Assembly (NCBI RefSeq): GCF_006345805.1
Contig: NC_043000.1
Location: 20,708,001-20,772,000, forward strand
DNA length: 64,000 nt
Source of the DNA: Octopus sinensis
Lineage: Eukaryota
Direction of reading: 5' to 3'
Shown: piece by piece, positions 1 to 13,300 of the stretch
Numbering within the stretch: position 1 is the first letter of the stretch
How the letters are laid out: every line of letters begins with the position of its first letter
Program-made: the position numbers and the translations under genes
Notes under the pieces: model-generated
Told to the model about the DNA's origin: nothing
Database searches by the model: none
The model's input: only the letters and a program-made list of their open reading frames with translations

Positions 1-255
1 TTCAATATGTGAATTTGTCTGTGTTAACTACATCCCAAAGATGGAGCTTTGTATCTGTTGGAAACCGGCTCCCTCCTCAGCATTCAAGATTCACTTTAAT
101 CCAGGCTCATAACTTTCTTATCATTCTGGAGCTGGTGGCGTGACAAAATGCATCCAGCCCATGCTGTAATGGACATTTCCTTGATCTTCGTGTATACAAC
201 TTCTCTTTGCAGCCCTTCTCAGTTGCTTAACGCTATTTATGTTTTGTTTTATTAG

Positions 256-349
256 GTTAAAGAGTGAAGGTGCAGAAATAGATAAATCCTGTGGAGTTGT
301 GCTACATGACAAATCGGCTGTCTTCTGTTCTCCTGGATTACGTAAATTA
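256..349 (+). CDS. RELN: Reelin exon (94 nt, phase 2-0): (W)[31 protein letters not shown]
   Basis: ttttattag acceptor, gtaagt donor. Resembles vertebrate reelin [21 protein letters not shown]. Confidence 0.88.
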
Positions 350-2047
350 GTAAGTAAGGTTTATTTGTCATTAGTTAATATCGGTTGAAGATTAAACTCT
401 TTATCTGTAGAATTACTTTCAGCATCAGAGAAGTCCAGAATGCTAACCTGTGTAGAGTAATGATTGAACGGTTGTTGAAATCAAAGATACTATATTTGAT
501 CTGTAGATAGAAAAGAATACATATATTTTAAGCACGATATTATCTACATTGTGTGTGTGTGTGGTGGTGGTGGTGGAAATACTAAACGAAATGTTTTTTT
601 GAAATTTGCATTTCCATTGCGTTTCCACCACCACCACCTCCAATGGCTGCTCTCAGTTCATCGACTGTTGCCGGTTTTGAACCGTAAACTTTATTATTTT
701 AGTAGCCCAATAATAAAACCTCTAGTGGAGTAACGTCCGGAGAAAATTATTCTAAATCCTTCTGTTCAATCTACTTCATTGGCAAAAATCACATTAATGT
801 AGACTCTTACATTACTATAGTTGTGTTGGGGTACTCCATCTTGCTGGAAATAAAATTCTACATCTTCAAAGTTCTCATGAATGTTTGGCACGGCAGGTTG
901 TCACATCAAGTTCAAGTAAAAGTAGCAGTCAGAGTACTGTCGAAAGAGAATGATCCAATATAGTAACTCCTGATAAATTAACATCATGTTCTTCTGTAAT
1001 TTGTGGATTCTCAGATAACCAGCATGAGCGATTACGGCAGTTAATTGAGCCATTTAATTTAAATGTAGCCTGATCACTCCAAACGATCTTTGTTGGAGAG
1101 TGTGCATCTAGGATCTTTTCACTTTGACCGGCAGATTTTTAAAATAATTTCTTTGTAACTAAACACTTTTAAACTTCGTATACTGGTAGAATGTGTTACA
1201 TAAAACATCTTTTTCTCTTGGGTTTTTTGAGAAAATTCTAGTTTGTAAGCTATTTGTTGTTTAATTTCTTGCATTTCGGCAATTTCAACCAATCAATGAC
1301 GTCTATTGAGGTGGATACAATTTCTGCGGTTCTTTGTCAACAACATCTACAACACATCTTACCAAGTACCACACGCAAGACTCTACTCCTCGGTCAGGAT
1401 TATATTCATCAAGAGCGTACCACTTTTCCAATGATAGCGCTACAAATATAATGGACGCTTGATTTTGAAATTCCCATCTGACCACTCACTTATCGAACAG
1501 ATTTTCTTGAACTCTAGGAAAACGTTTCTAATACTCTTTCTTACTTCGTGGAGCTTATCAATGACCGCAGTATTCCGCAACATTTCTTGCGGACATTCAT
1601 AACCGTTCCATCAGCTTCAATCTTATCTCTTTAACTCCCTCTTAAACTCTCGTTGCACTTCGATTGCGCTTTCAAACCTCCAGTAGCGCCTTTGGGTAAA
1701 TGCTCTTGTTTAAATCTGTCTGTTACGCCTCATTATTTCTAATGGGTTTAAATCTAAAAACAAATAACAATTGTGTGTGTTATCAGCTATTAAAGTGTAT
1801 ATGCATTTTGGTGTATGTGTGTATTTTATTAATGTAAATTAATGTTTGTTTTTATATCCAGTTTTGTATAAAAGCAATTTAACATTTGACTGAAAGATTA
1901 CTCAATACTTTTTAATAGAACACGCATTTATTAACTTTTACACGGAAAAGTTTGTCGACCTTTTCCTGATAATATATGTGTGTGTGTATGTATGTATGTA
2001 TGTATGTATGTATGTGTATGTATATATATATATATATGTATAATATA

Positions 2048-2092
<45 letters not shown>

Positions 2093-2218
2093 GTATATAT
2101 ATATGTATATATATATGTATATATATATATGTATATATGTATATGTATATATATATGTATATGTAATATATATGTATATATATGTATATATATGTATATA
2201 TATATGTATATATATATA

Positions 2219-2262
<44 letters not shown>

Positions 2263-2459
2263 GTATAATATATATGTATATATATATATGTTATATATAT
2301 ATATGTATATATATATATGTATATATATATATGATATATATATATATGTATAATATATATGTATATATATATATGTATATATATATGTATATATATATAT
2401 ATGTATATGTATATATGTATATGTATATATGTATATGTATATATGTATATGTATATATG

Positions 2460-2492
<33 letters not shown>

Positions 2493-3121
2493 GTATATAT
2501 ATGTATATATATATATGTATATATATGTATATATATGTATATATATATGTATATATATATGTATATATATATATATGTATATATATATGTATATATGTAT
2601 ATATATATGTATGTATATATATGTATATATGACATTATATAATTAGGGCTTAGTAAAATAAATTACTTTGCCACATACTGAACTTACTAGAAATAGCAGC
2701 CAAAAAAAAGCTTTTTAGCCATTTCTACTACTTAAAGAAAATTTCTCTCAGATAATGTTTACTCAAAATAACTCACGAAGGTATGGAGGTAAAAACAGAA
2801 AAATATCACAAGTACAAAGATCATTTGAGAACGTTAACGTTTCTAGATTAGCCAAATAAACTCAGCATTTCTTTCGTCAGCTCAACATTTCTTAAGTCGG
2901 ATTTGGAAACACTGAAAAGAAAGAACATACCCTTCGGCGACTTATCACCTCAGATGAACCCGTTCAGACTGCCAGTGCTAACAAATTCAAAATGCGCAAG
3001 CGAAGATTCCTGCTCTCCCCTTCCACCCACGTGGGTTATCTAGCAAACATTATATTTTAACGGTGAGAACCGGGCAATATGACAGAGAGAAAGAATTATA
3101 TATCAATTGTTGATATATGTA

Positions 3122-3165
<44 letters not shown>

Positions 3166-3428
3166 ATATATGTATATATATGTATATGTATATATATATG
3201 TATGTATATATAATGGTGAAGTATATTTGCCACTTAAATGTGGCTAACTCCTAAGGGTGGATGCTACTGTAGCTTGTAGCCCAAGCTACAGTAGCATCCA
3301 CCCTTAGGGGTTAGCCACATTTAAGTGGCAAATATACTTCACGATGTCGTGCAGCTACTGTTTATACCTCGCTCAGAGATTTATTATTGCTTATATATAT
3401 ATATAATGATTATCATATATTATCGGGC

Positions 3429-3474
<46 letters not shown>

Positions 3475-4301
3475 TTTGCAAAGATATGCATGTATACATA
3501 AATACATATATACATACACAGACGCCATGACAGACGCGGGCCCATGCAAGTGTATGTGCGTGTATTTGTGTACACATGCATGTTAGCTTGTTTCCACAGC
3601 CATTGTTAATCGGCGCTTGCTTTTATTCTATAGATGTCTCCATTTGGTGCTTCGTTGGAGTAGAATCCAAATGCTCTCCTTCGTAGGAATTTTATCACTC
3701 ACATTTGCATCTGTGTGAACAGTCGCTGTTTCCATGTAAGTTTATGCGTATATTCGTGCCTTTGACGTAAACGGACGTGATATATCTGCTAGTTTTCATC
3801 TGAATATTTATGTCTAGCAAATGGAGTCAACACTTAGCAATACAATGACTCCATTACGAATCATAAAACATTCACATAGATATGTAACAGTTATATCACG
3901 TCCATTTACACTAAAGGCACAAATATATGCATAAACGTACATGGAGAAAGCGAACCCTTCTGCGCGCACATTGACAAGGTCAACGTCCCTACTTAGAAGA
4001 GCGTTAATTTTGTCCTGCTCGCGTTTGATTGATTGATTGATTAATTGAATGATAGGCATTCAGATAAATAGATAGCAGACACACAGACAAACAGACAGAC
4101 AGAAAGATAGATAAACAGTCAGGAGTGGCTAAGCGTAGGAGTGGCTGTGTGGCAGTAGCTTGCTTACAAACCACATGGTTCCGGGTTCAGTCCCACTGCA
4201 TGGCACCTTGGGCAAGTGTCTTCTACTATAGCCTCGGGCCGACCAAAGCCTTGTGAGTGGATTTAGTAGGCGGAAACTGAAAGAAACCCGTCGTATATTT
4301 G

Positions 4302-4364
<63 letters not shown>

Positions 4365-7300
4365 TGTGTGTCTGTGTTTGTCCCCACAACATCGCTTGAC
4401 AACCGATGCTGGTGTATTTATGTCACCGTAACTTAGCAGTTCGGCAAAAGGGACCGATAAAATAAGTACTAGGCTTCCAAAGAATAAGTCCTGGGGTCGA
4501 TTTGCTCGACTAAAGGCGGTGCTCCAGCATGGCCACAGTCAAATGACTGAAACAAGTAAAATAGTAAAAGAGTAAAGAGTCAGACAGGTGGTTGATCGTG
4601 TATTTTTCTCAGGCTGTTTACAATTTGAGAAAGTTGCATGTGTAGACGATGACCACATTAAAGTTTGTATTTCCAGATATCTTATTAACCTTTCAATTTT
4701 TACATTTATATAAATGTACATTCAATAAATTAATTGATTAACGTTCAATATCAATGATTAGGAATCTTTTACATATAACTTACTGGATAATGTAATGAAG
4801 GCAGTGCAAGAAAATTAATCACTGCATATAATTAAAATGTGTTGCTGGATATCTCTTCTCTCTATATATAAACGGCAGTTTGTCTGTGTGTGTTTCTGTG
4901 TGTCTGTTAGGTTGTACCCTCACCCTGGCCATGGCTTTCAACCGATTCTGATGAAACTTGACACACACATAGCCCAATGTCATAATTCAAAACTAACGCA
5001 GCGAAAATTTTGAAAAGTTCCCCCAGTTCTGAAAAAAATCGATAAATTCGACATGGGGTCGAGAATCAGAAACACAAACCACAGACTGTCTAGGGGACGC
5101 AACTCGACCTTTTTAACTAAAAAAGAAATTACCATCATTTTTTTTCCATTTTTTGGCTATAACTCTCTAAAAATGCTTTATAGTTATTTCCCTTACAAAC
5201 CCGAGCAACGCCGGGCGATACTTGCTAGTTACAAATAAAAGTTAGTGTCTTTTGTTGACTACGATATTAACATATAACTTGAAAATGAAAGAGGAAAGGA
5301 TAGATTACCCTAAACGGCTTAGCCGCTTTCTGGTTAGGTTGAATTTCCTAGTCTTTTTATAATTGTTGACTATATTATTGAAAAAAAATCTCGTGGAGGC
5401 GCGCGTGGCTTAGTGGTTAGGGTGTCAGCATCATGATCGTAAGATTGTAGTTTCGATTCCTGGACCGGGCGACGCGTTGTGTTCTTGAGCAAAACACCTC
5501 ATTTCACGTTGCTCCAGTCCACTGAGTAACGCTGCAATGGACTGGCGTCCCATCCAGCTGGGGACCACATACGCCATGGAAACCGGGAAACCGGGCCCAT
5601 GAGCCTGACTGGGCTTTAAAAAGGGCGCTTTTAATGGAGGCGCAATGGCCCAGTGGATAGGGCAGCGGACTCGCGGTCGGAGGATCGCGGTTTCGATTCC
5701 CAGACCGGACGTTGAGTTTATTGAGCGAAAACACCTAAAAGTCCACGAGGCTCCTGCAGGGGGTGGTGGCGTCACAACTTTCTCTCACTCTCTCTTCCTG
5801 TTTCTTGAGTAACGCTGCGATAGACTGGCGTCCTGGGGAACACATACGCCACAGAAATCGGGAAACCGGGCCCATGAGCCTGGCTAGGCTTGAAAAGGGC
5901 GACGTTTATCGTTTTATATTATAGAAATTTGAACCAAACTATTTGGCGAGAAAACTCGCATACTTCTTTTGAAGATTACCGCCTAATTTATAAGTGATGG
6001 TTGGTCGAGCCATACATGTTTAAGCGTTTATACCTTTTATGGCGACACTTTTACTTTTATGGAAATATCTCGGTTCGTGGTTCTAGACTGAGTAAAACTG
6101 ACTTCTGGTTCAAATCTCAGCCGGAGTCTCGCCACTCTACGAAACCTTGATCTAAGTGGATTGCAAACACAAAATAACAACAGACGAAATAATCGCCTCG
6201 TGACACCAGAAACCATCCTCTGCCATGGATGAGATGTTTGAACAGGTTTATTTCTGCTTTTGTAGCAAAAGACAAACGATACAATTTCTTGCGAGAAATT
6301 GTATCGTTTGTCTTTTCCAAGATAGCAATCTTCTACCTGAGTGACGTAACGTGGGTTTTGGCTGCTCTGTACATCAACCAAATTGACTGTCTCCTTCTTT
6401 GACCCATAAAGTGCTGGAATTTGCACTTACATAGCATGAACTGTTGAGCACATTTTATGGAAATGAGAAACCATGCACACATAAAAAACAAAAAATAGTT
6501 AAAATATCTTCTTAGTAAATAATGGTGGCAAGTTTTACATCATCTGAAAAGTCATTAGTTGAACTATTAGTCCTCTTGCATTCTGGGGGATATCGGAGTG
6601 TTTGAGAGACATTAGACCCCCAACAAACGCCCATAAATTAAATGTATCTATCTGGGGCACGATCGTGACCCGTCGCGCTTTATGTGTTTACATACCTTCA
6701 AATTGTTTGTCCCCCACACACGTGCGTACACAGACAAATACTCTCTCCCTCCTCCCCACTTTCTCTCTTTCCAAAATGACCACTTTGTATGGTCCGCATA
6801 CTCCACACACCTCATGCCAGGCCATTAGCCTCCCCTAAATATTCGTAGATAGTCATTCATCTTATCCATCTTTTTGGTGTTTTGTTTATACTCTGCTGGA
6901 ATGCTTGCAATACACGCTAACGATGTGTGTGGACGCATGCGTGCGTTTACTTCAAGAAAATATATCACAGAAAGAATGGTTACTTTTGTGTTGCTTTCAT
7001 ATGTTCTTAAGGTAGTAATTTCCCAATTTAACTTTAAGTGGTTTCTTTGCATTACAGGTGACAATACCTTTAAACATTACAAGTGCAGCAGTTATCCAAT
7101 TTTCACTTTGTAAGTATTTCTTAATCATTTATTTTCTCTAATTTCCTTTACAAGAGAAAATTTTAAAGATTTTTTAAGTCTTTTGTTTTCGCTCTTAATT
7201 TTCCGAGTCATTCTGTCCTTCTGTGCTGTCATAACATAAATTCTACCAGGTCGTTTAAATAAACTATCTGATATTCCAAGAGACAGGTTGTGATATGCAT

Positions 7301-10300
7301 GTTCAAAACGTTCCCAAAATTGTCACGAAACAACGAATGGATTTGACAATTTACAACGTGATTTATTCTGAAAGCTTATAAAATTTTACACACATTAATA
7401 ATTTAGCTACGTTGAAAGTCTTGAGCTGGCAGAATCGTTAGCACACCGGACAAAAGGTGTCCTGAGTTCAAATTTCGCCGAGGTCGACTTTGCCTGTCAT
7501 CTCTTTCAGCGTCAATAAAATAGGTGCCAGTTGAGCACTAGAGTCGATGCAATTGGCTTACTCCTTTCCCAAGAGCTTACTGACCTAGTGCTAAAATCTG
7601 AAATCAATATTTATTACTTCATGAAGCTGGCCACTTACACAGCAGCACCAAGCCAACTTTGAAGGTGGTTCCTTGGTTGTTATTTTAGTGATGTAACTAC
7701 ACTTTTTCTAATAGGTTTCGCAGGTTCTGGACTATTTTAACAAGATTACAATATCATTTAATACATAACATTAATATCATCATCTTTTAACGTCCATCGT
7801 CTACATGGTATACGTTGAACGGTTAAATACAATTCGACGGATCCGAGAATTGCATAGTGCTCCGTTGCCTGTTTTTGGTATGGTTTCTATAGCTGGTTGC
7901 TCTTCCTAACACCAAGCACTTTACAGAGTGTATTGGACTTTGTACAAGATGAGAGGTTTTAAGTCTGACGAAATTAGTGAGAACAGAAGGTTTCTAGCAT
8001 CAGAGGAGCTGCATGGTTATTCATATTCCAGAAGACTGAGTGATCCACCATATATATATGATAATATGACATTCACACTTATCAGGCCTGGGACCTGGAG
8101 GTGCTTCAGAATATTCTAGGTGAGCGCTAATTTGTATTGTGGGAAGATTTTTGTAAACTGTATTTTCTAAATCTGAAGATGCAGTATTGAATAGTGAAGG
8201 GACATTACCGTCCAGTTCTCTCCTTAACGAATGATTTTTTTATGTGTAGGTAAAATACAGCCCCGTTATTTATAATGCATTGATTGAAGTCAAAACAAAA
8301 TTGTGTTATTTGCTTACTGCTTCTTTTCCTTACATTCAGCTTCTGGAAATTGTACTAATGTCGGCCCTGTTGACAATGATATTGTGTTTTCCTATGGCAT
8401 TAATGCCTGTTCCAATTGGGTTGAAATCGAAAGAATTCCGTAAGTTATATATTTTTTTTTAATACTATAACTTTCAGCACCAAATCTAGTTTCATTGTTT
8501 TCATTCTGAATCATAAATCAAATATATAATGGTTTATTGACTTCGTACTAAAAAAATAGACCTTTCAGATGAAGCTGAGAAATAGTTTCAAGAATTTTGT
8601 TGAGTTCCTCAAACCGGGTCGACATTTATTTCAACAAATTTTGAACATTTCATCAATCCAGCTAATATATCTTTTTTCATTCTCATTTTCATTTCCTTTG
8701 AATTATCCTGATGTCAACTATAATCTGCTCCTTATATTTCATGAGAGGGATCTAGCATTAATTTTGCCGACAATATGAGTTCGTTTTATACCTTTCTGTT
8801 ATTTTATATTTGAATTATTTACCTTGATTTATTGTGTGCAATATCGTGGCGATACTACTTTGTATAAATTGAACCTCTTTGGGGTTTTTACTTTTCTTTT
8901 TGTACTTTTTTCTCAAATTAAATCCCATTTTTGTCATTTATAATTATGAAAACCTCAACTACTTCTTGAAATTGATAATCAACTGCAAGTGGTGCAGTAC
9001 AGGTTCTCCAAATCTATAAATTTCTCGTAATTTCTCTATTCAACCTTATGGATAAATAAACAACACATTCAGGCGTTACAGTTCAGATTAAATTGTCAAC
9101 AAGCGACTTTTCAGATTCTGGTTTATCGCCTATAATATGCCAAGATATAATGGATTGTTTAATTAGAAATTGAAGATTCAGAGTTGAACTTTCGGGAGAT
9201 AATATTTAATCACTAGCATAGCTGTGGGAGGGTCCGCCCCGGGCGGCACTTTTCATCCTGTTGTAAGCTATTGTAGACAATATGTGTTTTTTGTGGGGTC
9301 CGGGGGCAGCAAACGGAAGGGTTGCCCCGAGCGGCACACACTGTAGCTTCGCTAGTATGTTTTATTGCAGGTGTAAAGATGTTCATAATATAAAAATATA
9401 CGAAACTTAATAGGAAATTCGAAATATGAAACTATTGATATGACTTAAATGTTTTTCTGATACGATAGTTTTGCTATATTGTGAAGATGACAGGACGGAT
9501 TACAACTTTAATATGTCAAAAAGCCTCTTAACAAATGGAGGCTAAAGTGACTTTTTACGCACACCTCAGAGCATAATAGTTTCTGCTCCTTGAAGCAAAT
9601 GTATATATGTGTGTGTACTCATAACTATATCATTTATACTGTTAAATATGCAATAGAAATATATATATATGAGAGAGAAAGAGAGATGCTTAGTCAGTGG
9701 AACAGAAATACTGTTTGTTGTCGAATCAAAATTTATAGCAGCAAAAAAAATTAACGTAAATAACTTGTGTTTTCAAATCAGTAAAAATTATTTCGTTGAG
9801 AAAATGCTTTCTCGTTCTGTGAAAGTGTCTCGTGATTTAACCTATTCTACAGAAGCTGACCCCCAGTCTATGGCTATTTAAGAGCCATTGAGCATATGTA
9901 ATATTACAGATTACCATGGTTACCAATGGAAGAAGACTGAACAGATTTTGACTTACTTAATATTGGTTCAGTAAACTACTTATTTCTAATTAACTGAAAT
10001 TTCTGATCGATAAAATAACACGCTCGACGGCGGTGAATATAAATTGATCCCAAATTCTATTTAATCTGCTAAATGTTCTGATTGATTAAAATAACTCTGA
10101 AGAACTCATGGATACACATTGATCAACTCACACATCTGGAAAACTGCAGCCTTTTTTTTTTAAGGCACGCCAGAAAGAAGCACTCAATGTGCAAATATGC
10201 CAGTAGTAGTCGCAGACTGTGGTAAAAGTCATGGCCTTGTTGGAACAGATGTATTAGATATTGGGGATTTTTTCACTTTGACCGGCAGATTTTAAAAATA

Positions 10301-13300
10301 ATTTTTTGTAACTAAACACTTTTAAACTTCGTATACTGGTAGAATGTGTCACATAAAACATCTTTTTCTCTTGGCTTTCTTGAGAAAATTCTGTAGTTTG
10401 TAAGCTATTTGTTGTTAAATTTCTCATATTTCGGCAATTTCAACTAATCAATGACGTCTATTGAGGTGAATACAATTACTGCTGTTGTTTGTCAACAAGA
10501 ATTTCCGGCGGTGTATATTTCATTTGTCAACGAAGTTTAAAAGTGTTTAGTTACAAAAAATTATTTTTTAAATCTGCCGTTCAAAGTGAAAAGATCTCAA
10601 CACTGTAATCTTAAGAGACGTGATTTGTGGAAATGTGCATAGCAATGCATTAAATGTTTATAAATTTCATGCAAGAATTATTGTTATTACTACATTTATC
10701 CTACATTATATCAGTACAGCTCAATGCAACTCCAGAAAACTTGTTCACCAATCAGCGTCATGAGACATAATGGAACAGGAGCTTTATTTGCATATTCAAA
10801 ACGTTTCCCATAAACAAATTTAAAAGATATATATATGCATAGGAGTGGCTGTATGGTAAGTAGCTTGCTTACCAACCACATGGTTCTGGGTTCAGTCCCA
10901 GTGCATGGCACCTTGGGCAAATGTCTTCTACTATAGCCTCGGGCCGACCAAAGCCTTGTGAGTAGATTTGGTAGACGGAAACTGAAAGAAGCCCATAGTA
11001 TTTATGTGTGTCTGTGTTTGTCTCCCCACCATCACTTGACAATCGATGCTGGTGTGTTCACATACCTGTAACTTAGTGGTTCAGCAAAAGAGACCGATAG
11101 AATAAGTACTAGGCTTACAAAGAATAAGTCCTGGGGTGGAGTTGCTCGTCTAAAGGCAGTGATCTAACATGGCCACAGTCAAATGACTGAAACATGTAAA
11201 AGAGTATGTGTATGTGAACTGAACTGAACTGAACTGGAGCAATTTGAAATAAAGTGTCTTGCTCAAGGACACAACGTGTCACCGGAAATTGAACTCATAA
11301 CCTTACAGTCATGAGCCAAATGCCCTAACCACTAAGCCACGTGCCTTCACTCAGCTGGCAAAAATGAGTAGTACCTGTATTTCAAAGGACCAACCTTGTC
11401 ACACTGGATCTCCCTTAGAACTTCATTAAGGGTACATGTCTGTGGAGTGCTCAGCAACTTGCGCATTAATTTCACAAGCAAGTTGTTCCATTGATCGTAT
11501 CAACTAGGACCCCTGTTGTCATAACCAATGGAGTGCTCCTTTTATGTATATATGTATATTCCTTATTCCTTTATGTGTCCAAGCTCAAAGGTTGTTACCA
11601 TACTGAGACTCAACCATTAAATTAAAAAAATAAAATAAATGCGCCCTTTTAAAGCCTAGCCGGTCTCATGGGCCCGATTTCCCAGTTTCAGTGGTGTATG
11701 TATTCCTTAGCTGGACAAGACGCCAGTCCATCGCAGTGTTACTCATTTTTGCCAGCTGAGTGAACTGGAGCAACATGAAATGAAGTGTTTTGGTCAAGAA
11801 CACGATGCATCGCCCGGTCCAGGAATCAAAACCACAATCTTACGATCATGATGCTGACACCCTAACCACTAAGCCACGTGCCTCCACCAGCCATTAAATA
11901 CCAAACACTTTGCCTATGGCACCTGTTTCCCAAATGGTTACCATTACAATTACCAACAAGGCTCAACGTTGCTTAGTCTCATTGATCAAACATGAACCCT
12001 ATTTTCAACGTGATATGGCTGTAAACACCTATATCAAATTTTATATTGTGTGTTTAATATTTCATGTTGTGACTATTGTATATCAGACATACTTGATCTC
12101 TAATATTTATTTAATTTTTTTTTAATTTTAGAGCACCAAATAGTTCTAAAACTATAACACATCTTGTAAGAATACCTGTTGAAGCACGTCAAAATGATGT
12201 CTGTCTAAGCTGGTCACAGGAACCAGTTACATCTGTAGAAACTCAAGTAAAAAAACAGGTTCTAAAAAAGGAGGCAATCACTCTTCTTAAAAATATAACT
12301 TTAGTTCACACAAACTGTTGGGCAATGGACAATGTGTTGATACCAAATTTGGCACATATACCTGCTAAAATTGAAGAGACTTTTGAACCAATTTCAACCG
12401 ATGATTGGCTTTTCTTTCCAGGTGCAAAACTTGGAGTAAGTATTCTTTTCATGTTTTACATTATTATTATTTATTTATTCATTGCCCACAAGGAGCTAAA
12501 CATAGAGGAAACAAATAAGGACAGACAAAAGGATTAAGACTGGGATTGATGCAATCAATTAGCCACCCACCCTACCCCAAAATGTCAAGCCTTGTGCCTA
12601 TAGTAGAAAAGATTATTATTATTGAGTGAGAGGGCAGTGCATGCCATCAAAGTGACTCTGGGGTAAAATATATATGAAGCCCAGTATACCCATCATGACT
12701 ATCTGTCTGATAAGGATACACCAGGCACATGCATCACAACCATATGTGTGCGACATGGTGGTCTCATATCAAGATAAACAGCACATGACCTTGCAGGTGG
12801 AGCCCAGTTAGAATTTTCTTCTGGTCAAGTAGCTCAAAAGGTCCCTGAATAAGGATTAAGGATGTTGAACAAACCACCCATGTTTCCAAAGAAGAATTAT
12901 CCAAACCCCAAAGAATTCCTCTCAACACATGGCTATGATGCTCCCCCACTACTTCTGCTCATGATTAGAGATGCACATACCATCGGCCACTAAAGGACAT
13001 GTTCAACTGGTAATGGTCAAACAATTGATAAGCAAATCTCTGGTATTGAGCAAAATATTTGCTGTAGCCCATCTTTTATACCAAGACAAAACAATGTACA
13101 TGATAACACCTCCAATCAGTTAAGAGCAGAAGCCATGAGAGCCACTGTCTGGTACTGCATCAGGGCATTTATTATTATAATTATTATTATTATTAAGGCG
13201 GTGAGCTGGCAGAATAGTTAGAACGCTGAGCAAAGTGCTTAGCAGTATTTCGCCTGTTGTTATGTTCTGAGTTCAAATTGCACCAAGGTTGATTTTTACC

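Noticed and set aside
1-255. Search for the preceding reelin exon (DDFD-type, expected phase 1-2)
   Set aside because: No segment with a suitable frame, motif and splice sites was found; it probably lies upstream of the window.
1976-2646. Long ORFs rich in I/Y/C/M (also 44029-44535, 61256-62083, 61519-61953)
   Set aside because: They are translations of (TA)n, (AAT)n and (GATA)n microsatellites that lack stop codons by composition.
6037-6426. 129-aa minus-strand ORF
   Set aside because: No recognisable motif or splice context; the length is within chance for this composition.
12247-12304. Possible small intron (GTAAAA...TTTAG) explaining the extra coding length in the 304-nt exon
   Set aside because: It is 58 nt, so removal would break the frame that otherwise runs cleanly to CWAMDN.
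12325-12537. ORF-track proteins that overlap real exons and end in hydrophobic tails (12325-12537, 44635-44877, 58225-58443), suggesting small membrane proteins
   Set aside because: They are reelin exons read through into T-rich intron sequence; splice sites bound the conserved part.
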